This document shows positions 53,735 to 64,000 of a DNA stretch of 64,000 bases, piece after piece. Below the pieces are notes generated by a model. The model was given only the letters and a program-made list of their open reading frames with translations. It did no database searches and was not told where the DNA came from. Every line of letters begins with the position of its first letter. Within the stretch, counting starts at the first letter, position 1. The position numbers and the translations under genes were made by a program. Source of the DNA: Terriglobia bacterium (lineage in GTDB: Bacteria; Acidobacteriota; Polarisedimenticolia; Polarisedimenticolales; JAIQFR01); assembly GCA_963748015.1 (NCBI GenBank), contig CAVVHE010000004.1, positions 640,001-704,000 of the forward strand, written 5' to 3'.

Positions 53735-56700
53735 GTGAGCCGGGTCCTCCGGGCGGCGACGATCATCGGCCTCTTGGCGAGTGGTCCGACCGCCTTGGCG
53801 GCGAAGCCCTTGAAGCTCGTGAGGGCGGACGCCTCCGTCATCACCTTCAGGTACGAGGCGGCAACTCCGCGCTTCGACCCGCAGGCCTCGGGCCGTGTTG
53901 CGGTGACGCTCGACGGCTGGGGTCGGCTGAGCGCTCCAGGCGCACCTGATCTTCCCTTCGCGCGCGCGCTGGTGGCCGTACCGGCCGGCACGCGCCCGTC
54001 CCTCTCATGGTCGGACGAGCCGAGCGAGCTCTTCGAAGGCCTTGTGCCGGTCGCGGCGCGTGCATTCTCCGACCCCCTCGATACCTCGGGTGAAGGCAAG
54101 GCGGACACCGAGCCTGAAACCGACGGGTTCGCGTACCGCGACACGAAGCCGTACCCCGCGGCACCCGTGTGGATCGAGTGGGTGGGCTCGTTGGGGGGCG
54201 TGGCGGTCGCCTCGATCGGCGTTGCGCCCTGCGCGTACCTGCCCGGAAAAGGCATCCTGGCCTATCCCTCACTCCACTTGACGGTGCGGTTCGTTGCGGA
54301 TCCCGCGGCGGGCGTCACGTCGGCGGAGGCCGCCCGTCTCGCGCCCGGCGTCCATTCCCTGGCGCGCGGGCTCGTGGCGAACCCCGACCAGCTACCGCAG
54401 CCGGGCCCGGCCCCGATGCAGCCGCGGTCGCTCCGAGTTTCTTCGATCGCGGACACCAGCGTCCGCGTCAAGATCTTCGTGGACAGCGACGGACTCTACG
54501 CCGTGACCCACGCCGATCTCGCGGCTGCCGGCGCGGACCCGGGCACGATCGACGCGGCGACCTTCCACCTCGAGGAGAACGGGCAAGAGGTCGCGATCCT
54601 GGTGCAGGACGGAGGCGATGGGACCTTCGGCCCCGGGGACCGTTTCCTGTTCTTTGGCCGGGGAATGACGGGGCCGTATACCCGGCGCAACGTCTACGGG
54701 CTGAGGTGGGGAGGGAGCCCCGGGCTCCGGATGGCGCAGCGCGATGCCACGCCTTCGGGCACGTTGCCCGTCGTCACGACCTTCCCGGCCACCGTTCGAA
54801 GGGAGATCAACGCGGCCTACTGGCAGAACGCGCCCGGGGGCATCAGCTTCGACCGCTGGTACGAGAAGAAGACGTTCGTGGGGCAATCGAACGACTACAC
54901 GTTCACCCTGGCGAACCACGACACGAGCGCGGCGACGGCCAGGCTGCGGGTGATGCTCATGGGCCGCACGGACACCGCGGCCAACCCGGATCACGACACG
55001 CGCATCCTGCTGAACGGAACCCAGGTGGACGAGCAGTTCTGGAATGGGCAGATCCCATACCTCCACGACGTCACGGTCAGCAGCTCGTTGCTCGTGGAAG
55101 GGACGAACACGGTCACGGTCCTCCAGCCCGGGGGGGCCGATCCGAGTCTCGACACGATCTACTTCAACTGGCTGCAAGCTGGATTACAGCGACGGGTTGG
55201 TCGCGGCGAGCAACCTCCTCCGTTTCACGCTCGACACCTCGACGACCGGAGACGTCGAAGCCTACGTGGACGGCTTCTCGACCAGCGGCGTCTCCGTCTA
55301 CGACATCACGGATCCTGCACTGCCCGTGACGCTCGCCGGGGTCGCCGTGTCCCCGGTCGCCGGGGGCTACCGCGCCCGTTTCGACCAGCACGGCGCGACA
55401 GCGACGGAATATCTCGCCCTCACGGACGCATCGGTCCAGCACCCCGCGGGGTTCCTCAAGGACACGCCGTCGGATCTCAGGAACCCGGCGAACGGCGCGG
55501 ACTACCTCATCGTGAGCCATGCGAACTTCCTCGGCGCCGCGCAGCGCCTGGCGCAGCACCGCGCCGCGACGGACGGGATGCGGGTCAGGGTGGTGGACGT
55601 CCAGGACGTCTATGACGAGTTCTCGGGCGGGGTGTATTCCCCGCCGGCGATCTCCAGCTTCGTGGCCCACGCGCTTGCGTCTTGGCAGCCGCCCGCCCCG
55701 GGTTACCTGCTCCTCGTCGGCGACGCCAACCAGGACTACCTCGACAACTTCACGACCGGCAGCCCGGACTTCCTACCGACCCGCCTGATCATGACGCCGA
55801 GCGTGGGGGAGACGCCCACGGACAATCTGTACGCGGCCGTGCTGGGCGCGGACCCGCTGCCGGACATCGTGGTCGGCAGGATGGCCGCGCGGACGACCGC
55901 CGACGCCGACGCGATGGTGGACAAGACCATCGCGTACGAGACCCAGCCACCCGGCTCGCCCCTGACCACCCAGGACCTGTTCGTCGCGGACAGCGGCTCG
56001 CAGGCGTTCGAGGACGTCCTGGAAGATCTGATTGCCCACCGCCTTCCCGCGACCCACACGCCGCGCCGCGTGTACCTGGCCAACTACGCGACAACCGCCG
56101 CGGCCCGAGCCGATATCGTCGGATGGGTGAACGCCGGCGTTCTCCTCACCACGTACATGGGTCACGGCGCGGTGAACTACTGGTCCTCGTCGGTCCTGTT
56201 CCAGGCGTCGGACGTCGCGAGCCTGGCGAACGGCCCCCGCGAGACCTTCGCCGTGATGCTGGACTGCATCAACGGCTACTACCCCCACTCGTTCCTACCG
56301 TATTCCCTCGCGGAGGAGTGGTTCCGGTGGCCGGATCGGGGAGCGATCTTCGCCTGGGCGCCCACGGGATACGGTTACGAGGCCGACTACAGGAGCCTCT
56401 CGGACCGGCTCTACGAGCAGATCTTCTCGCTGGGGCAGGACCGGGCGGGCGTGGCCGCCCATCAGGGCAAGATCGACGCGGTGGTCCATGACTTCGCTCA
56501 GTCGGAGGAGCTCTACTCGATGGACGTTCTTCGGCGACCCCGCGGCCCGCCTCGCTCTGGACCGGGACGGAGATGGTCACCTCGAACGGAGCGACTGCGC
56601 GCCCAATGACCCAGCGGCTTGGGCCGCTCCCACGGAGGTCGGAGGTGCCGTCTTTTCCGCCGACAAGGCAAGCCTCTCCTGGAACTCGCTGGCAAGCCAG

Positions 56701-56940
56701 GCTGGACCGGGAACCGTCTATGACGTCCTGCGGGGCTCGATCACGGAGTTGCCCGTCGGCACTGGAACGTCCGAAGTATGCATCGATGACAATTCGGCCT
56801 CGCCAACATGGTCGGACGGCACTTTGCCCGCGGCGGGAGGCGGTTTCCTTTACCTGGTAAGGGGTGAGAACGTCTGCGGGATCGGCGCCTACGGAACCCA
56901 GAGCTCCGGCGTGGCAAGAACAAGCCCAGCCTGTCCCTGA
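53735..56940 (+). CDS. Secreted C25 family (gingipain/PorU-like) cysteine peptidase, split by two apparent +1 indels (about 55177 and 56523)
   Basis: Propeptide PGAPDLP; VKIFVDSDGLYAVTHADL; ADYLIVSH; VQDVYDEFSGG; YLLLVGDA; PDIVVGRM; YMGHG (His); MLDCING (Cys); FFGDP in the third frame. Confidence 0.88.
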
Positions 56941-57162
56941 CAGAGAGTCTCGCATGCGCCCCGACGGAAAGGGGCCGCGGGCCCCAACGTCCATCGTGGG
57001 AGCGTGCCTAGAGGCCTCCCGTTCGAGGTCGGGTGGGCGTTCGCGGACCGGGGAGCGACGAAGGGCCCCGAGAGGGCGAATCGGGCTTGCGGGGCGCTCG
57101 ACATGGACGTAATCATTGCGAGTCCGCGTCGGAGCTCGCGCGAGGCGCGAGAGAGGAGATGT

Positions 57163-60100
57163 ATGAGCGATAGGCGCCGTCTGCTTGGGCTCGCGATCAC
57201 CGCTCTCGTTCTGGGCACCGGGGGCGCGTTCGCGGGGGGTGAGGCGCCTGCGCCCCGAACCAAAGCCGAGAGCAAGGCGTCGGCGGCGAAGACCCGCAAG
57301 GCGAAACGCCGTCCCGCTGCCGCGACTCCGGCGGTTCCCACCGGTCTCGCCCCGACCGCGGGGTCGCCCGGCGCGGACTACGGGGTGGACCCGAAGGCCA
57401 CGATCGTTGCGAAGCGCAACGAGCAGGGCGAGACAGTCTACTCGGTCTCCGCCTCGCACTTCGACGTGTCTTCCAAGCTCGGCGACATGGCGTCGGGGGG
57501 CGCGGGGGCGGCGCCCGCCGGAGAGGAAGAAGAGCGGAGCAATCCCCGTCTCCCGGCCTGGCGCTGGCCTCTCTCCGCCACCCCCGACCCGGTCGTCCAG
57601 TCCGACTTCCTCACGGCGGAGGCCGCGGCGAGGCGGCCCGTCGGCCTCTCGGCGCCCGCGACCGGCTTCAGCTTCGCCGGCGTTCCCTACTACGCCGGCT
57701 CCCCGTCCGACAGCAACGGCGCGGTGGGGAACGACCAGTTCGTCGAGGTCGTCAACGTCCGCTACCAGGTATGGTCGCTCGACCGGGCCACCAAGGTCGC
57801 CACGCCGGTGCTCGGTCCCGCGTTCATCAACACGCTCTGGTCCGGGTTCGGCGGCGCCTGCGAGACGCAGAACAGCGGCGATCCGATCGTGCTGTTCGAC
57901 AAGCTCGCCAACCGCTGGCTGATCTCGCAGTTCACCTCGTCCGCGAGCAACGGCAGCTTCTACCAGTGCGTGGCGCTCTCGACGACCGCCGACGCGACCG
58001 GGTCCTACTACCGCTGGGCCTTCGCCGTCCCGCTGGGCCACTTCGGGGACTACCCGCACTTCGGCGCCTGGAGCGACGCCTACTACATGATGGCTCACGC
58101 CTTCGCCTCGACCGCCGGCGGGTACCTCGGCGCGATCTTCGCGGCGCTCGACCGGACGAGGATGCTGGCCGGCGACCCGGGCGCCACGTGGCAGGTGATC
58201 GAGGACCCGGCGGAAGGGGGGCACATGCCCGCGGACCTGGACGGGTTCGCCCCTCCGCCGACCGGCGCGCCGGGGATCTTCCTCTCGCTCCACAACACCG
58301 GGATGATCGTCTACCGCATGAAGGTCGACTTCGCGAACGCCGCGAATACCGTGAGGACGATACAGGCCACCGTTCCGGTCGCGCCCTCGACGGGGGCGTG
58401 CGGCGGGGGAGGCAGCTGTATCCCGCAGCCGGGCACGACCCGGACGCTGGACTCGCTCGCCGACCGGTTGATGTTCCGCGCGGCCTACCGGAACTTCGTG
58501 GATCACGAATCGCTGGTCGTCAGCCACTCCGTCGATCCGTCGGTCCCCGGCGTCGTCTCGGGCGTCCGCTGGTACGACTTCCGGCTCTCGGGAGCGCCGG
58601 ACGCCGCCTGTCCCTCCTACCCCTGCGTCTACCAGCAGGGCACGATCGCGGACGCCGCCAACGGGCGCAGCCGTTGGATGCCGTCCATCGCGATGGATAC
58701 AGCGGAGAGCATCCTGGTCGGATACAGCGCGACGGGGCTGACCAAGGGGACCGACAACCACTCCCTCCGCTACACGGGGCGCGCCAAGAGCGATCCCCCC
58801 GGGACGATGACCGCCCCGGAGGCGATCCTGGCGACCGGGACGGTCAACAACTTCAACAACTCGCGCTGGGGCGACTACGCCAGCATGTCCATCGACCCCT
58901 ACGACGACTGCACGTTCTGGTACGTGGGCCAGTACTACACGACCCCGACGTGGTCGACCCGGGTGGCCTCGGTCTCGTTCCCGAGCGGGAGCGGAGCCGG
59001 GCAATGTCCGGCGACGACCTGCGTCGCGCGGCCGGCGTCGGCGCCGGCGATCGGCGTAGCGACGGCGAGCGGGGACAACCAGGTCTATCTCACGTGGACG
59101 GGCGTCTCGCCGACGCCCGGCGCCTACGCGATCGAGCGTGCGGCCGGCGCGTGCGGCAGCGAAGGGCTGTACCAGCCGGTGGCCGCCGTGCCCGGCTCCG
59201 CCTCCGGCTTCACGGACGTCACCGTGATGGGGGGCCTGACCTACTCGTACCGGGTGATCGCGGCCGCGGACGCGGCTGGCAAGTGCCAGGCGATGGTCGC
59301 GAGCGACTGCGTCAGCGCGACCGCCACCGGCCGCTGCACCCTCAAGCCGGCGTTTTCCGGAGCGACCGTCGCCACCAGCAACGACAGCGCCACGTGCGGC
59401 GTGCGGGTGCAGTGGACGCCCGCCGCGACGAGCTGCCCGCTGACCCCGAACATGCGCTACAACGTGTTCCGCGGGACGGTCCCCGACTTCGTTCCGTCGG
59501 CGTCCAACCGGGTTGCGACCTGCGTTTCCGGGCCGGACTCGTACCTCGACACCGCCGACGTCTCGAGCGGGACCACCTACTACTACGTGGTGCGCGCCGA
59601 GGACGACAGCACCGGCAACGGCGGGGAATGCGGCGGCGGGAACGAGGAATCGAACGGCGCGGTGGTCTCCGCGGCGGCGTACGGCCCCGGCATGCAGGCG
59701 ACGACCGGCACCTGGACGGACGGCGGGGGAGACGGATCCGCCTTCCTGCGCCTCAACCTCCCGGGCCCCGGGAACACGACCAACGCGCCCTGGCGCTTCG
59801 TCACGACCGCCACCGACGCGGGCGCGAACCACACGCCGGCGGGCGCTTACGCCTATCGCAACGCGGGGCCGGCCGAGACCGAGACGTACCTGGCCAACGC
59901 GTGCGCCGAGATGCAGACGCCTCCCGTGGTCGTGGGCGCCGCGGCGGCCAACCTCGAGTACTGGGAACGGCACCAGCTCGAGTACGACTGGGACGGGGTC
60001 GCGGTCGAGTACTCCACGAACGGCGGCTCCTGGGTCGACGTGCCCGCGCCGAGCAACTCGATCGCGGACGGGTGCGCCGCGACGGACGCGACGAGCGACT

Positions 60101-60825
60101 GGGGGACGCTGAGCTGCACCGGGGGGACCCCAGCGAACGCCTGCGGCTACCCCTCCTCGAAGAGCGTGTACACCGGCCCGCGGGGAAGCGGCACCTCCTG
60201 TGCCGATTGGGTCACGAGCGCTTCCGTCACCTCCTACGCCCACCGCTGCCATCGCATCGCCGGCCTCACCCCGGGCGACACGCTCCGGTTCCGGTGGCGG
60301 TTCACGTCCGACCCCGCCGCGCAGTACGCGGGCTTCTACCTCGACGACGTCGCCGTCACCAACGTCCTCCTGCCGAACGGCTGCTCTCCCAATCCCTGCG
60401 GGGGCCTGGTCGACGGTACGCCCTGCGACGACGGCAACCCCTGCACGCAGACCGACACGTGCCAGGCCGCGGTCTGCGCCGGCGGGAATCCGGTGCTCCC
60501 CCCGGCGGATGTGGACGCAGGCGTTCTGGTCGATCGCAGCGGCGGCGATGCCGTTCTCTCGTGGACCCTCGCGGCCGGGGCCACGGCATCCGACGTTCTC
60601 CGCGGAGACCTCGCCGCGCTGCCGGTGGGTCCCGGCGGCGGCGACGAGGTTTGCCTCGGGAGCACGGCCGGGACGACCCTCACCGACGCGTACGTTCCCG
60701 CCGAGCAGTCGGGTGTCTGGTACCTCGTGCGCGGGACCAACGCCTGTGCGGGGGCGGGGCTCTACGGGTCCGCCGAGCAGAACGGCGTGCCGGCGACCCC
60801 GCGGCTGAGCACGACCTGCCCGTAG
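57163..60825 (+). CDS. Large secreted protein: propeller-like N-terminal domain, FN3-like repeats, Cys-rich repeat, C-terminal '...CP' domain
   Basis: GAGGAG RBS; signal peptide; PSDSNGAVGNDQFVEVVN, RWGDYASMSIDPYDDCTFWY; CDDGNPCTQTDTC. Confidence 0.85.
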   Translation: MSDRRRLLGLAITALVLGTGGAFAGGEAPAPRTKAESKASAAKTRKAKRRPAAATPAVPTGLAPTAGSPGADYGVDPKATIVAKRNEQGETVYSVSASHFDVSSKLGDMASGGAGAAPAGEEEERSNPRLPAWRWPLSATPDPVVQSDFLTAEAAARRPVGLSAPATGFSFAGVPYYAGSPSDSNGAVGNDQFVEVVNVRYQVWSLDRATKVATPVLGPAFINTLWSGFGGACETQNSGDPIVLFDKLANRWLISQFTSSASNGSFYQCVALSTTADATGSYYRWAFAVPLGHFGDYPHFGAWSDAYYMMAHAFASTAGGYLGAIFAALDRTRMLAGDPGATWQVIEDPAEGGHMPADLDGFAPPPTGAPGIFLSLHNTGMIVYRMKVDFANAANTVRTIQATVPVAPSTGACGGGGSCIPQPGTTRTLDSLADRLMFRAAYRNFVDHESLVVSHSVDPSVPGVVSGVRWYDFRLSGAPDAACPSYPCVYQQGTIADAANGRSRWMPSIAMDTAESILVGYSATGLTKGTDNHSLRYTGRAKSDPPGTMTAPEAILATGTVNNFNNSRWGDYASMSIDPYDDCTFWYVGQYYTTPTWSTRVASVSFPSGSGAGQCPATTCVARPASAPAIGVATASGDNQVYLTWTGVSPTPGAYAIERAAGACGSEGLYQPVAAVPGSASGFTDVTVMGGLTYSYRVIAAADAAGKCQAMVASDCVSATATGRCTLKPAFSGATVATSNDSATCGVRVQWTPAATSCPLTPNMRYNVFRGTVPDFVPSASNRVATCVSGPDSYLDTADVSSGTTYYYVVRAEDDSTGNGGECGGGNEESNGAVVSAAAYGPGMQATTGTWTDGGGDGSAFLRLNLPGPGNTTNAPWRFVTTATDAGANHTPAGAYAYRNAGPAETETYLANACAEMQTPPVVVGAAAANLEYWERHQLEYDWDGVAVEYSTNGGSWVDVPAPSNSIADGCAATDATSDWGTLSCTGGTPANACGYPSSKSVYTGPRGSGTSCADWVTSASVTSYAHRCHRIAGLTPGDTLRFRWRFTSDPAAQYAGFYLDDVAVTNVLLPNGCSPNPCGGLVDGTPCDDGNPCTQTDTCQAAVCAGGNPVLPPADVDAGVLVDRSGGDAVLSWTLAAGATASDVLRGDLAALPVGPGGGDEVCLGSTAGTTLTDAYVPAEQSGVWYLVRGTNACAGAGLYGSAEQNGVPATPRLSTTCP

Positions 60826-60853
60826 CCGCCGGGGACGTCGGCGCGGAAGTCGT

Positions 60854-60946
60854 GTGAACCGCCGTTCACGCGGCAGTGAACCGAGGTTCACACCTGGGAG
60901 GCATAGCGGCGAAAACCCGCCTCTTCTCGTTGGCTCGAAACCTGCT
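60854..60946 (+). promoter_or_regulatory. Sigma54 promoter with two upstream palindromic activator-like sites
   Basis: GTGAAC-N4-GTTCAC at 60854-60869 and 60876-60891; TTGGCTCGAAACCTGCT with GG(60932-33)-N10-GC(60944-45). Confidence 0.7.
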
Positions 60947-60988
60947 CAAGTATCGAGTCGGGATGCGAACGCGGAAAGGAGGCGGGCC

Positions 60989-61504
60989 ATGAAGAAGAGA
61001 GTTCAATCGGCGTTGCGGAGAGCGGTGCGAATCGGGGCGCCGGCCGCCCTGGCCATGGCCGCCCTGATCGTGGGCGCAGACGCGCGGGCGGTCGTGCCGA
61101 CCCACTGCGTGTCGGTGGACGTCCCGGCGCCCGTGACCCTCCCGGACGGGTCGATCCAGCCGGCCGGGGAGCTGAGACTGTGTCTGGCTCGGAACTACAA
61201 CCCGGTCACGGGCCTCCACAGGATCTACGTCGATCGCATGCCCGTGATGATGCTCCTCAGCCGGGCCTCGAATGCCGAGTCGCCCGACGACTCGCAGCCG
61301 ACGGTCCTCTTCTACGGGAACCTCCAGAAAGGCCTCCGGCTGGTGGGATACAACGTCGCCGCGAACGGGAAGGTGTTCTCGTACCTGCTGTCGCACGCTC
61401 CCGCCGCACAGGGCGTCGATGTGGCCGCCGGCCCGACCGGGTTGGTCGGTGCGTCCCCGATGAGCGGTTCCGAAAGCGTTCTCTTGGCCGCGCGGTTGGA
61501 ATAG
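60989..61504 (+). CDS. Secreted hypothetical protein
   Basis: AAGGAGG RBS, signal peptide ending ADARA, two Cys. Confidence 0.7.
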   Translation: MKKRVQSALRRAVRIGAPAALAMAALIVGADARAVVPTHCVSVDVPAPVTLPDGSIQPAGELRLCLARNYNPVTGLHRIYVDRMPVMMLLSRASNAESPDDSQPTVLFYGNLQKGLRLVGYNVAANGKVFSYLLSHAPAAQGVDVAAGPTGLVGASPMSGSESVLLAARLE

Positions 61505-61767
61505 GCCGCCGCCTACTCCCCCCGTCCAACCCGGGTCGGGAGGACCATCGACGGGGCCGCAGACCGAGGCGCCGCGACACCTTGTGGAGGATTCGCGGCG
61601 CCAAGTCTGCGGCCCGTGCCGTTTCTCCGGCATCCTCCCGAAGCCTGAAGCCTGTCGATGCATCGCAAGGCCAGAGGACACCTGGCCCGCTCTCCACACC
61701 CCATTCCTGCAGCCGCCGCGGAGCCGGCCCAACCGAGAAACGCCGGCTCGTCGATCCCGCATCTTCG

Positions 61768-61797
61768 TTGACACTTACGGGCACGATTCACTACTCT
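61768..61797 (+). promoter_or_regulatory. Putative sigma70 promoter of the activator gene
   Basis: TTGACA-N18-TACTCT. Confidence 0.45.
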
Positions 61798-61881
61798 GGT
61801 GATTCCCCCGGGCCCCGGATTGCGCGCGGAAGTCCCGCCCGGGTCACCCGCCGTTCGCCGGCATCGTGGGCGGACGGGACG

Positions 61882-63819
<1,938 letters not shown>

Positions 63820-63892
63820 CACGGGGAGCCCGGCCCCGTTCCAGCACAGGCCGTCGTTTCCGAGCACCTCATCCGCGTTGTCCGCAAGAAAC

Positions 63893-64000
63893 TTACGCGC
63901 TCCGCATCTTGAGCTCGAGCGTTGGCTCCTCAGGCATGGACGTCACGCCGCTCACGAACAAGACGCCCCGGAGTGCGGCGTGGCGGTAACTCTTCGCGCA
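63893..64000 (-). CDS. Possible 3' end of a convergent CDS (partial)
   Basis: Open frame ...CAKSYRHAALRGVLFVSGVTSMPEEPTLELKMRSA* ending at 63893. Confidence 0.3.
   Translation of the reverse strand, partial: CAKSYRHAALRGVLFVSGVTSMPEEPTLELKMRSA

Overview
High-GC bacterial chromosomal window; the gene content suggests an Acidobacteriota-like anaerobe, but taxonomy is an inference. Positions 1-44.9 kb are mostly core genome: an hdrC-hdrB-hdrA-mvhD-mvhG operon (runs off the left edge), thrC-folB-queD-folE-spoIID-like, miaA-hfq, a PilT-type ATPase, mutS2, nadB, lepB, a ccmEABCD cluster with a CxxxY-type CcmE, greA, signalling genes, recG, rho, mobA, pepD, moaC, cutA and eno-ftsB. An initiator tRNA-Met at 44956-45032 starts an accessory region. 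Its 3' end and about 200 bp of downstream sequence recur, diverged, at 46785, and the two copies bracket a PEP-mutase-family gene. The most striking structure follows. Two large secreted proteins with unrelated N-termini share a ~220-aa C-terminal module (P-x-LVTL-x-SF...). Each is followed by a 44-45-aa peptide gene absent from the ORF track (KKEY-x-KPE...ALGPAQAVVSGV..GDGINNP) and then a hairpin. Next come a gingipain/PorU-like C25 protease with its His/Cys dyad, and another large secreted protein sharing a '...YLVRG.N.C...CP' C-terminal domain with it. A sigma54 promoter with twin GTGAAC-N4-GTTCAC sites and an FHA-GAF-AAA+ activator close the window. I propose this is a candidate undescribed peptide-plus-C25 secretion, sorting or maturation system (hypothesis). 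Apparent indels in the HD-GYP gene, recG, rho and the C25 gene look like long-read errors. All assignments come from motif recognition by eye; no searches were run.
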